Shown here: positions 1 to 8,412 of the stretch, in pieces
Layout of the letters: the number at the start of each line of letters is the position of its first letter
Numbering within the stretch: position 1 is the stretch's first letter
Source: Spirochaetia bacterium
Lineage (GTDB): Bacteria > Spirochaetota > Spirochaetia > Treponematales > Rectinemataceae
Reading direction: 5' to 3'
NCBI GenBank assembly: GCA_021286925.1
Contig: JAJTBL010000001.1
Location: 1 to 27,486 of the forward strand
DNA length: 27,486 nt
The notes under the pieces: generated by a model
The model's input: the letters and a program-made list of their open reading frames with translations, nothing else
Told to the model about the DNA's origin: nothing
Databases searched by the model: none
Translations under genes and position numbers: made by a program

Positions 1-1077
1 ATGGAAGGGCATTTTTCGGTGCCTTATTCGCAGGAATTCCAGCGGAGACTGCTCAAGCTCTGCTCGCCGGAAACGGCCAGAATCGACGAGCTGGTTTACG
101 CCCATGCCGCGCTTGCCGAATGGTATGCCGCCGCCGTGCATGGATTGCTGAATGCTTCTGGCCGGAAAGCCGATTCTATTGACGCGCTCTGCCTCCATGG
201 CCAGACGGTCTGGCATGCTCCTAATGCGGCAGTTTTCCCTGGACCCGACGGTACCATGATCGAGGCGCGCGGAACACTGCAGATTGGGTCAGCGCCGATA
301 CTTTCGGAACGGACAGGCATTCCGGTTGTATATGATTTCCGCTCGCGGGACATGGCAGCTGGCGGAGAAGGCGCTCCGCTGGCTCCCTTTGTGGATGCCC
401 TGCTGTTTGGAAGCGCCGGAAAAGGCTGTATTGTGCAGAATATCGGCGGTATCGGCAATGCAACCGTCATTCCTGCTGGAGCGGGAAACGAGGCTGTCTT
501 TGCCTTCGATACCGGTCCGGGCAACATGGTGATGGATGAACTGGCAAAGCTTTTTTCAGACGGAAGGCTTTCCTTTGATGAAGATGGGAAAATGGCTGGG
601 AAAGGAAGGGTTAGCCAGGCTTTGCTCGATCCTTTCCTGAAAGATCCCTACTTTTCGCGGAAACCTCCCAAAAGCACCGGGCGGGAAATCTACGGTGGGG
701 AGTTCGCGGCTGAGTTTGCGCGCCAAGGTCGAGCGCTGGGGCTTTCTGATTTCGATATCATGGCCTCGGCGGCGGCGTTTACCGCGGAAACCATCATCCG
801 AGCATATCGGGATTTTGTCTTTCCAATTGTGTCGATTGATGAGGTTGTGGTTGGCGGAGGAGGCGCCCTCAATCCGAGCCTCATGGCAATGATCAGGGAA
901 CGTCTGCCTGCCGACACCGCCCTGATGAGCACAGCCGATCGCGGCATTCCAGTTCTTGCACGCGAGGCGATTGCGTTTGCGGTTCTGGGGCATGAATCGC
1001 TGATGGGACATGCGTCGAATTTACCCGCGGTAACCGGAGCGGGACGCGAGGTGATTTTGGGTTGTTTGACACTTTAG
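1..1077 (+). CDS. anmK: Anhydro-N-acetylmuramic acid kinase, probably 5'-truncated by the window edge
   Basis: Family motifs HGQT, DFRSRDMAAGGEGAPLAP, NIGGIGN, FDTGPGN, PKSTGRE, GGG and REAIAFA are present. The usual N-terminal GxMSGTSxDG phosphate-binding loop is absent, so the true start is likely upstream of position 1. Confidence 0.93.
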   Translation: MEGHFSVPYSQEFQRRLLKLCSPETARIDELVYAHAALAEWYAAAVHGLLNASGRKADSIDALCLHGQTVWHAPNAAVFPGPDGTMIEARGTLQIGSAPILSERTGIPVVYDFRSRDMAAGGEGAPLAPFVDALLFGSAGKGCIVQNIGGIGNATVIPAGAGNEAVFAFDTGPGNMVMDELAKLFSDGRLSFDEDGKMAGKGRVSQALLDPFLKDPYFSRKPPKSTGREIYGGEFAAEFARQGRALGLSDFDIMASAAAFTAETIIRAYRDFVFPIVSIDEVVVGGGGALNPSLMAMIRERLPADTALMSTADRGIPVLAREAIAFAVLGHESLMGHASNLPAVTGAGREVILGCLTL

Positions 1078-1107
1078 CATTTTTTGAAGAATTTGCCCTT
1101 GCGTTTG

Positions 1108-1154
1108 TTGTGAAATGATATGACAATATCATTATAGCTTGTGAAATATTTTCA
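1108..1154. promoter_or_regulatory. Putative operator/promoter region of the ABC transporter operon
   Basis: Perfect inverted repeat AATGATAT-gaca-ATATCATT (1114-1133). Direct repeat TTGTGAAAT at 1108-1116 and 1139-1147. Second inverted repeat TGAAA-tat-TTTCA (1142-1154) abutting the SD. AT-rich intergenic context; candidate -10 TATCAT at 1127-1132. Confidence 0.65.
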
Positions 1155-1164
1155 GGAGGCAATC

Positions 1165-2676
1165 ATGAAAAAGATGTTTGTGATCGGGCTCGCCATTCTG
1201 ATGGTGGCAAGCATGGTGCCAGCGGCTTTTGCTGCTGGTGAAGAGAAAGTCCTGACCATCGGTGTCGATCAGGAAGCGGTTGGACTTGACCCACATATAG
1301 TCACGTCATTTTCATCTCACCGCCGTGTGGATCTTTTGTATAACAAACTGGTCCGCCACGATGAAAATCTGAAAATCGTGCCTGACCTTGCGGAATCCTG
1401 GGAAATTCCGGACAACCAGACCTACATTTTCAATCTGCGCAAGGGCGTGAAGTTCCATGATGGCACCGAAATGACGGCGAAAGACGTAGAATTTTCACTC
1501 AACCGGGTGCTGGATCCCAAAACGGCCTCGCCGGGCAGGTCCTATATCTCCACAATAAAAAGCATCGAAGTGCTTGGAACCTACAAGGTAAAAGTAGTGC
1601 TGTCCGCGCCGCTCGCTTCTTTCCTTGAAGGCCTTGCCAGCAACAACTGCGCAATTGTTTCCAAAGCCGCGGTCGAAAAATACGGAAATCTGCAGAAGGT
1701 GGCGGTTGGAACCGGCGCATTCATGCTCAAGGAATGGATTCCCGACAATTCCATGACCCTGGTCAAGAATCCTGAATACTTTGAAAAGGGACTGCCGTAT
1801 CTCGACAAGATCATATTCCGTGTCATTCCTGAGCAGGCTTCGCTCCTGGCGGGCATCAAAGCGGGCACGCTCGATATGGCTCAGATCAATGATGCAAGCA
1901 CGGTCCTCCTGGCAAAACGGGACACCAGCATTGCGGTCATGCAGAAACCGGGCATCAATGTGCGCACTTTCGGTTTCAATACGACCCGCAAGCCATTTGA
2001 TGACGTACGGGTTCGCCAGGCTCTTTCACTGGCTATCGACAGAAACGAAATTGTAACGGTGGCGGAATTCGGCATGGCCCAGCCAACCGGACCTATCCCC
2101 GCCGGCGCGACACAATGGGCTCTGCCGCTCAACAAGCTCCCCAACTTCACGCCTGATTACGCGAAAGCCAAGGCCCTGCTTGCCGAAGCCGGTTTCCCCA
2201 ACGGCTTTACCTTCAAGATTGTCACGGCGAATTCCTTTGAAGGCGGTTTGTCCGTCGCGCAGGTTGTCCAGAATCAGCTTAAAAAAATCGGCGTCAACGC
2301 GGAACTCGAGGTGGTTGAATGGGGCATGTATATTGACCGCTGGGTTAAGCGAGATTTTGATTCCATGGTGGAACTCCGCGGCGGCAGCGGCGAACCTGAC
2401 CGCTTCCTGTACCGGACTATCCATTCAACAGGCGGCGTCAATAACTTCCTTTTCAAGGATGCCGATGTAGACCGGCTTCTTGACAAGGGACGTGTCCTGA
2501 CCAGTTATGCAGAGCGTAAGCCAGTGTATGACGAGCTGCAGATTGTTCTTGCCCAAAAAGCGCCGATTATTTTCCTGTATTGCCCGTTTGAAACCCATGT
2601 CATGACAAAACAAGTAAAGGGCTTCAAGCAGGTAGGCTATGGCAGTCTGTACTATCTGATTCAGACACAGAAATAA
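1165..2676 (+). CDS. ABC transporter substrate-binding protein, family 5 (OppA/DppA-like)
   Basis: SD AGGAGG at 1154-1159, ATG 1165. Cleavable signal peptide (MKKMFVIGLAILMVASMVPAAFA, no lipobox). Motifs PDLAESW, FNLRKGVKFHDG, GTGAFML and FDDVRVRQALSLAIDR. Confidence 0.92.
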   Translation: MKKMFVIGLAILMVASMVPAAFAAGEEKVLTIGVDQEAVGLDPHIVTSFSSHRRVDLLYNKLVRHDENLKIVPDLAESWEIPDNQTYIFNLRKGVKFHDGTEMTAKDVEFSLNRVLDPKTASPGRSYISTIKSIEVLGTYKVKVVLSAPLASFLEGLASNNCAIVSKAAVEKYGNLQKVAVGTGAFMLKEWIPDNSMTLVKNPEYFEKGLPYLDKIIFRVIPEQASLLAGIKAGTLDMAQINDASTVLLAKRDTSIAVMQKPGINVRTFGFNTTRKPFDDVRVRQALSLAIDRNEIVTVAEFGMAQPTGPIPAGATQWALPLNKLPNFTPDYAKAKALLAEAGFPNGFTFKIVTANSFEGGLSVAQVVQNQLKKIGVNAELEVVEWGMYIDRWVKRDFDSMVELRGGSGEPDRFLYRTIHSTGGVNNFLFKDADVDRLLDKGRVLTSYAERKPVYDELQIVLAQKAPIIFLYCPFETHVMTKQVKGFKQVGYGSLYYLIQTQK

Positions 2677-2711
2677 GCATCTCTCGAGTGCTTTAAGGTT
2701 TGTGCTCCCAT

Positions 2712-2757
2712 GAATCGCCGGCCATGCTGGCTCTCCAGCAAAGCTGGCGATTCTTTC
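2712..2757 (+). terminator. Long stem-loop after the binding-protein gene (mRNA stabiliser or partial terminator)
   Basis: GAATCGCCGGC/GCTGGCGATTC 11-bp stem (one G-U pair) enclosing the inner hairpin TGCTGG-ctct-CCAGCA, followed by TTTC. Confidence 0.6.
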
Positions 2758-2780
2758 ATATCGTACGAGGATGAATACCG

Positions 2781-3743
2781 ATGGGTCGATATATTTTCCG
2801 CCGACTGATTTCACTCATACCGGTCTTGCTTGGTGTTTCAATAATTGTGTTTTTTCTTGTCCGCCTGATACCAGGCTCGGCTCTGCAGATGTACCTGGGA
2901 ACGCAGGTAGAAGCGACGCCGGAACAAATGGAAGAACTGCGCCGCATTTTCGGCGAAGACAGGCCGGTTCCGGTACTCTATGTTGAATGGCTTGGGCGGC
3001 TGCTCCAGGGAGATTTGGGGTATTCGCTGCGCACCGGCCGAGAGGTTCTGCCGGATATCCTGCAAAGACTGCCGCTCTCCATGGAGCTGACGTTTTACGC
3101 GCTCTTTCTTTCGCTGATCATCGGTATTCCGCTCGGTATTCTTTCAGCCCTGAAGCATGACCCGGCAACGGATGTTGCAATCCGGATAACAGGTTTGCTG
3201 GGGCTGTCATTGCCGCAATTCTGGCTGGCTTCGCTGATGGTTATCGCGTTTTCCGGATTCCGCGGGTGGATTCCGATGGGAAATTATATCGGATTTCTGA
3301 AATCACCCCTTGAAAACCTCAGAATGCTCTTCCTGCCTTCGCTTGCGATTGGCATCGGGCTGGCGGCAGTCATCATGCGCTACACGCGCAACAGCATGCT
3401 GGAAGTCATGCAGATGGATTATATCCGGACAGCTCAGGCAAAGGGCCTGGCCAAGCGTGTTGTCATTGTGCGGCACGCGCTCAGAAATGCGATACTTCCG
3501 GTCATCACTGTCGCTGGCTTCAATACGGGCTACCTGCTTGGCGGCGCCATTGTCATCGAAGAAGTCTTTGCACTGCCCGGCATGGGCAGGCTTGCGCTGT
3601 ACGCGATCTATCAGCGGGATTATTCGCTGATTCAGGGAATCGTGCTGATCATTGCGACAATGTTTGTCCTGGTCAACTTGATTACCGACCTCATCTATGC
3701 CGCGGTGGACCCGCGGATTCGGCTTGATACAAAGGAGGGCTGA
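2781..3743 (+). CDS. ABC transporter permease (OppB/DppB-like)
   Basis: GDLGYS, LPLSMEL and the EAA loop DYIRTAQAKGL..HALRNA; multiple hydrophobic segments; SD GAGGA upstream. Confidence 0.93.
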   Translation: MGRYIFRRLISLIPVLLGVSIIVFFLVRLIPGSALQMYLGTQVEATPEQMEELRRIFGEDRPVPVLYVEWLGRLLQGDLGYSLRTGREVLPDILQRLPLSMELTFYALFLSLIIGIPLGILSALKHDPATDVAIRITGLLGLSLPQFWLASLMVIAFSGFRGWIPMGNYIGFLKSPLENLRMLFLPSLAIGIGLAAVIMRYTRNSMLEVMQMDYIRTAQAKGLAKRVVIVRHALRNAILPVITVAGFNTGYLLGGAIVIEEVFALPGMGRLALYAIYQRDYSLIQGIVLIIATMFVLVNLITDLIYAAVDPRIRLDTKEG

Positions 3744-3746
3744 GAT

Positions 3747-4577
3747 ATGTCGAGGCTTCTGAAAAACCCGATTGCCCTCGTCGGTCTGATCATCATTTTG
3801 CTGTATGTCCTCATCACGGCAGTTTCCCAATTCTGGCTGCCTTTCGATCCTTTGCAGATGGATGTGGCGCATATCATGGAGCCGCCTTCATTCAAGACTG
3901 GGCATCTTTTCGGCACTGATGAATTCGGGCGCGATATTCTGACCAGGATTATGAAAGGTGCCGGCGTATCCTTGCTGATCGCAATTTCAGCAACCCTGAT
4001 TGGCGCGACGATCGGTACATTCATGGGAGTGTGGGCAGGATTTCTCGGCGGGGCATGGGATCACTGGATCATGCGGCTTGCTGATGTCCTGTTTTCCTTT
4101 CCCTCGTTACTGCTTGCCATCTTTGTTATGGCTATTCTTGGCGAGAAAACCTACAACGTCATTATCGCGATATCCATTGTGTATATTCCGCAGTTTGCGC
4201 GGGTGAGCCGAGGCGCGGTGCTGGCGATAAAAAATAACGAATTTGTCAGGGCAGCTTTTTCCAGCGGAGCTGACCGGCGTTTTGTCCTTTCACGCCACCT
4301 CCTGCCGAACATCATGATGCCGGTTATTGTCCAGAGTTCGCTCTCCCTCAGTGTCGCCATCCTTTTGGAATCCGCCCTGAGCTTTCTCGGCCTCGGTGTC
4401 CAGCCGCCGAATCCATCATGGGGGAATATGCTGAGCGGCGCCCGCAAAGTGATGCTGCTGGCGCCCTGGACTGCCCTCTATCCCGGCCTTGCCATCATGG
4501 GGTTGGTGCTGGGATTCAATCTTCTGGGCGATGGCTTGCGCGACATTCTCGATCCGCGTCTGCGAAATATAAAGTAG
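3747..4577 (+). CDS. ABC transporter permease (OppC/DppC-like)
   Basis: HLFGTDEFGRDILTR, EFVRAAFSSGA..RHLLPN, ESALSFLGLGVQPPNPSWG and GDGLRDILDPR; SD GGAGG upstream. Confidence 0.93.
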   Translation: MSRLLKNPIALVGLIIILLYVLITAVSQFWLPFDPLQMDVAHIMEPPSFKTGHLFGTDEFGRDILTRIMKGAGVSLLIAISATLIGATIGTFMGVWAGFLGGAWDHWIMRLADVLFSFPSLLLAIFVMAILGEKTYNVIIAISIVYIPQFARVSRGAVLAIKNNEFVRAAFSSGADRRFVLSRHLLPNIMMPVIVQSSLSLSVAILLESALSFLGLGVQPPNPSWGNMLSGARKVMLLAPWTALYPGLAIMGLVLGFNLLGDGLRDILDPRLRNIK

Positions 4578-4586
4578 GAGGAAGCG

Positions 4587-5603
4587 ATGTTCGACAAGAA
4601 AGAAACGGTGCTCAGCGTTCGCAACCTCGGGACCCGCTTCATGACTTCGTCAGGAACCGTAAAGGCTGTGGATGGCGTTTCGTTCGATGTTCATAAAGGC
4701 GAAATTTTCGGCATTGTCGGCGAATCGGGTTCAGGAAAAAGTGTCACCAACCTTTCCATTCTCCGCTTGATTCCTTCGCCGCCGGGCAAAATTGTCGAAG
4801 GACAGATCATTCTGAAAGGAAAGAATCTGCTTGAAGCGAATGAAAACGAATTGCAGATGATCCGGGGCGGCAATGTTTCGATGATTTTTCAAGATCCCAT
4901 GACCTCCCTCAACCCGCTGCTGAAAGTTTCGGTGCAGATAGCGGAAGTTCTGGAACTTCACCATGGGCTTTCGCGCAAAGAAGCTGAAAAGAAAGTTGTG
5001 GAGCTTCTGAAGGCGGTCGGTATACCGGACGCTGAACGAAGGGCGCAGGAATATCCGCACCAGTTTTCAGGCGGCATGCGGCAGCGGGTGATGATCGCCA
5101 TGGCTATCGGCTGTAATCCTGATGTGCTGATCGCTGACGAGCCGACGACAGCCCTCGATGTCACTATTCAAGCACAGATTCTGGATTTGATCCGGCGTCT
5201 TTCGGATTCCCGCACCATGTCGGTGATTCTCATAACCCATGATCTGGGGGTGGTAGCGGGTATGTGCGATACGGTGGCTGTCATGTATGCAGGTCGAATT
5301 GTGGAGCAGTCCGCGGTTGATCCGCTTTTCCGTGAACCGCGGCATCCGTATACGCAGGGGTTGCTGGCATCGGTGCCGCGGCTCGATTCCGCATGGAGCG
5401 AACGGCTGTATTCAATACCGGGTGCGCCGCCCAATCTGGCCGATCTGCCCGCAGGATGCGCGTTTGCGCCGCGCTGTGCCTATGCCTTGCCGGTGTGCCG
5501 GAATGCATATCCGCCGCTGACAGAAATGGATGACGGCCAGGGCGGGAAACGCTTGGTCCGCTGTTGGCTCCACACCAGCGAAAACTCCGGAGAACAGCAA
5601 TGA
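4587..5603 (+). CDS. ABC transporter ATP-binding protein (OppD/DppD-like)
   Basis: Walker A GESGSGKS, signature FSGGMRQR, Walker B LIADEPTTALD, HPYT and the C-terminal Cys cluster; SD AGGAGG. Confidence 0.94.
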   Translation: MFDKKETVLSVRNLGTRFMTSSGTVKAVDGVSFDVHKGEIFGIVGESGSGKSVTNLSILRLIPSPPGKIVEGQIILKGKNLLEANENELQMIRGGNVSMIFQDPMTSLNPLLKVSVQIAEVLELHHGLSRKEAEKKVVELLKAVGIPDAERRAQEYPHQFSGGMRQRVMIAMAIGCNPDVLIADEPTTALDVTIQAQILDLIRRLSDSRTMSVILITHDLGVVAGMCDTVAVMYAGRIVEQSAVDPLFREPRHPYTQGLLASVPRLDSAWSERLYSIPGAPPNLADLPAGCAFAPRCAYALPVCRNAYPPLTEMDDGQGGKRLVRCWLHTSENSGEQQ

Positions 5604-6640
5604 ATTCAGCAAACACAACACCGCAGCCATTGCTCGAGGTGAAAAATCTCAAGGTTTATTTCCCTATTGAAAAAGGAATTATTGTCAGGAAAAGGATTGG
5701 GTGGCTCAAGGCGGTGGATGATGTCAGCTTTGCGGTGAACGAGGGCGAGGCTGTCGGCCTTGTCGGGGAATCCGGCTGCGGTAAATCGACAACCGCCCTG
5801 GCCATAGCTCATCTGCAGAAAATTACTGATGGGCACATCCTGTTTGAAGGCCGGGATTTGAGCGCCATGCCGGCGGGGAAGCTCTATGCTGAGCGCCGTA
5901 ACTTCCAGATGGTGTTTCAGGATCCCTATTCTTCGCTTGATCCCCGAATGACCGCGTTTGATACCATTGCGGAACCGCTGAGAATCCAGGTGCGCCGGGG
6001 AACCATGGCGCTGAGCGAAGCGGAAATTCGTGACAAAGTGCTGGATTTGATGGACAAGGCGGGGCTTTCCCGGACATTTTCCAACCGCTATCCGCATGAA
6101 TTTTCAGGGGGCCAGCGGCAGCGTATCGGGATTGCCCGGGCTCTGGCGCTCTCGCCGAAGCTCGTTATCGCGGATGAGCCGGTCAGTGCGCTCGATGTTT
6201 CCATACAGTCGCAAATCCTCAATCTGATGAAGGACTTGCAGAATGAGCTAGGATTAACCTATCTCTTTATAGCGCATAATCTTGCAGTGGTTGAGTACTT
6301 CTGCCGCCGGATTGTGGTAATGTATCTCGGCACGATTGCGGAAATTGCCCCTTCTGAAATGCTGTATAGCGAGCCTCTGCATCCCTATACGCAGGCGCTT
6401 TTGTCCGCCGTTCCCATTCCCGATCCGCCCCGTGAACGCCAGCGGTCCCGCATCCTGCTGAAAGGCGACGTTCCATCGCCAAGCGCGGAGCGGCAAGGCT
6501 GTCCATTCAAGGAGCGCTGTGCTTCCGCAATGGCGATCTGCGCAACCCAGCGTCCTGATCTGCTCGAGGCAAGGCCTGGGCATCAGGTTGCCTGCCATTT
6601 ATATGGGCAGAAAGGAAATACCGATGGCAATCATCATTGA
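5600..6640 (+). CDS. ABC transporter ATP-binding protein (OppF/DppF-like)
   Basis: ATG 5600 overlaps the upstream TGA (ATGA). GESGCGKS, FSGGQRQR, IADEPVSALD, HPYT and the C-terminal Cys cluster. Confidence 0.93.
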   Translation: MNSANTTPQPLLEVKNLKVYFPIEKGIIVRKRIGWLKAVDDVSFAVNEGEAVGLVGESGCGKSTTALAIAHLQKITDGHILFEGRDLSAMPAGKLYAERRNFQMVFQDPYSSLDPRMTAFDTIAEPLRIQVRRGTMALSEAEIRDKVLDLMDKAGLSRTFSNRYPHEFSGGQRQRIGIARALALSPKLVIADEPVSALDVSIQSQILNLMKDLQNELGLTYLFIAHNLAVVEYFCRRIVVMYLGTIAEIAPSEMLYSEPLHPYTQALLSAVPIPDPPRERQRSRILLKGDVPSPSAERQGCPFKERCASAMAICATQRPDLLEARPGHQVACHLYGQKGNTDGNHH

Positions 6641-7103
6641 AGACGCTTTTCCTGGCGATATCCTCCGCTGTGCTCAAATCGCCTGCGACAGCGAGATTGG
6701 CAGGCGGTACGGTTTTGTTCAGGAAAGCCTCGCGGCGCGGATGCAGGAGCGGCTCATTGGCGGCGATGTGATCCTGGTTGCCCGCGAAACGGAACAGGCT
6801 GCACCGGATATCGCCGGTTTTGCCTGGATTGACCTGAAAGGCGGATTCGGCCAGTCGCCCTATCTCAAACTGATTGCCGCAAATCCCGCCAGGCGAAGCA
6901 GCGGCGTCGGTTCTCGTTTGCTTGCGGCCTTTGAAGCCCGGACGCATGGACGCGGTCGGGCCTGGCTGCTGCTCTGCTCCGATTTTAACACGCAGGCGAT
7001 TCGATTTTATGAAAACCATGGCTATGCGGTTGTCGGGGCTTTGCCTGATTTTGCCAAAGACGGGATTACCGAAATGGTTTTATACAAGCTTCAGGAACAT
7101 TGA
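6624..7103 (+). CDS. GNAT-family N-acetyltransferase
   Basis: SD AAGGA, ATG 6624 (17-nt overlap with the upstream gene), 159 aa. Acetyl-CoA motif A RRSSGVGSRLL and motif B NTQAIRFYENHGY. Confidence 0.85.
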   Translation: MAIIIEDAFPGDILRCAQIACDSEIGRRYGFVQESLAARMQERLIGGDVILVARETEQAAPDIAGFAWIDLKGGFGQSPYLKLIAANPARRSSGVGSRLLAAFEARTHGRGRAWLLLCSDFNTQAIRFYENHGYAVVGALPDFAKDGITEMVLYKLQEH

Positions 7104-7105
7104 AC

Positions 7106-8212
7106 ATGGAACGCATAGACCGGATCACCCTCGATGCCATAGACCGGCAGCTCTTTGCCGGCGCGGTGATCCGACTGGAACAGGATGGCGAAACTCGCTA
7201 TGAGAAAGCCTTTGGATATTCGCTGAAGACTGCTGAGCGACAGGTTCCGATGACTGTTGAAACGCTGTTTGACCTGGCTTCGCTGACCAAACTCTTTACC
7301 GCGACTGCCGTGCTGACACTTGTCAGCAAGGGAAAGCTCGAACTTGATGTGCCGCTTGCTGATGCGGCTGGGGGCAAATTTGCCGCCCAGTTTGCGATGA
7401 ATGTTTCGAGCCAGCTTCCAAGGGTTTCCGCGATGCTGAAAACGACGACTGTCCGGGATTTGCTGACGCACGCCAGCGGCATTCATTACTGGTATCCATT
7501 CTACGCGGATGGCGTGGGGAGCAGTTTTGCTTCAATTCTGGAAACCGTTCTGACCCGTTTTCCTCAACAGAAAACGACAATATATTCAGATATCAACTTC
7601 ATGCTGGCGGGCATGCTGGCTGAGCAGGCGGGCGGGATGGCATTGAATAAAGCAATGGCCACGCTTGTGTGCAGGCCGCTTGCGTTGGAGTGCTGCGCTT
7701 ATCGCCCTACACCCGCTCAGAATACTGCCTTCGCGGCGACGGAGTTCGGCAATCGGATTGAAATGAAAATGGTGGCGGAACTTGGGCTCCGGTTTTCGGG
7801 CTGGCGGCCGCTGGATCAGCCTATCATGGGGGAGGCGGATGACGGCAATTGTCGCTATTTCTTTGGCGGCACCGCTGGCCATGCCGGCCTTTTTGCGACC
7901 GCGAGGGACCTTTGCAGGCTGGGAACTTTGTATGCCGGCAACGCTGTCCCGGGTTTTCTCCCGGAAGCACTTCTGAAGGAAGCAGTCACTGATTATGGCA
8001 ATGGGCGCGGGCTTGGTTTCCAGTTTGGCCCCCGCTATCCGGATGGCTGCGGACACACAGGTTTTACCGGTACATTCCTGTATGTTAACCCCGGCAGAAG
8101 GCTTTCCTTGAGCATTCTTACCAATCGCCTGCATGTTCCGGAGCCGCAGAACATCGATCCGTTCCGCGAGGCGATTACAGAGACGGCGCTGGAAATGGCC
8201 GGAAAGCAATAA
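7106..8212 (+). CDS. Serine hydrolase, beta-lactamase/PBP-like fold (AmiE/YbbE-like candidate), no signal peptide
   Basis: SxxK in FDLASLTK, LLTHASG, YSD at the YxN position, GHAGLF and HTGFTG. SD CAGGA precedes ATG 7106; TTG 7100 is an alternative start. Confidence 0.85.
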   Translation: MERIDRITLDAIDRQLFAGAVIRLEQDGETRYEKAFGYSLKTAERQVPMTVETLFDLASLTKLFTATAVLTLVSKGKLELDVPLADAAGGKFAAQFAMNVSSQLPRVSAMLKTTTVRDLLTHASGIHYWYPFYADGVGSSFASILETVLTRFPQQKTTIYSDINFMLAGMLAEQAGGMALNKAMATLVCRPLALECCAYRPTPAQNTAFAATEFGNRIEMKMVAELGLRFSGWRPLDQPIMGEADDGNCRYFFGGTAGHAGLFATARDLCRLGTLYAGNAVPGFLPEALLKEAVTDYGNGRGLGFQFGPRYPDGCGHTGFTGTFLYVNPGRRLSLSILTNRLHVPEPQNIDPFREAITETALEMAGKQ

Positions 8213-8325
8213 AGGGCGAAGCGCTTTCGGTGAAATCATTGCTCAAAAAGCAAGTCTTCATAAAGGTTTAAGAGCGGCCATCAAGCCTAGTTTTTCAAAA
8301 CTCGATTTCAATTTTAAAAATCAAC

Positions 8326-8362
8326 TTGACCGCTCAATAATTATCCCCTAAAATGCTATAAT
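8326..8362 (+). promoter_or_regulatory. Tandem sigma70-type promoters for the TAXI-TRAP operon
   Basis: TTGACC(8326-8331)-N17-TAAAAT(8349-8354), plus an extended -10 TGcTATAAT (8354-8362), in an AT-rich intergenic stretch. Confidence 0.7.
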
Positions 8363-8412
8363 TATACTCGCCGGGGTCAGGAATTGGCCGGAAACTGGCA
8401 AAAGGAGTCTGT

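Noticed and set aside
1165-6640. Nickel or generic dipeptide importer assignment (nik/dpp gene symbols)
   Set aside because: Family-5 membership is clear but substrate cannot be read from these motifs, so no symbols were given.
7106-8212. Beta-lactamase / antibiotic-resistance gene
   Set aside because: The fold motifs are shared by many serine hydrolases. There is no signal peptide, YSD replaces YxN, HTG replaces KTG, and the context is cell-wall recycling.
8326-8337. TTGA-N4-TCAA as an FNR box
   Set aside because: FNR/CRP-type sites are TTGAT-N4-ATCAA (14 bp). This one is 12 bp and coincides with the -35 element.
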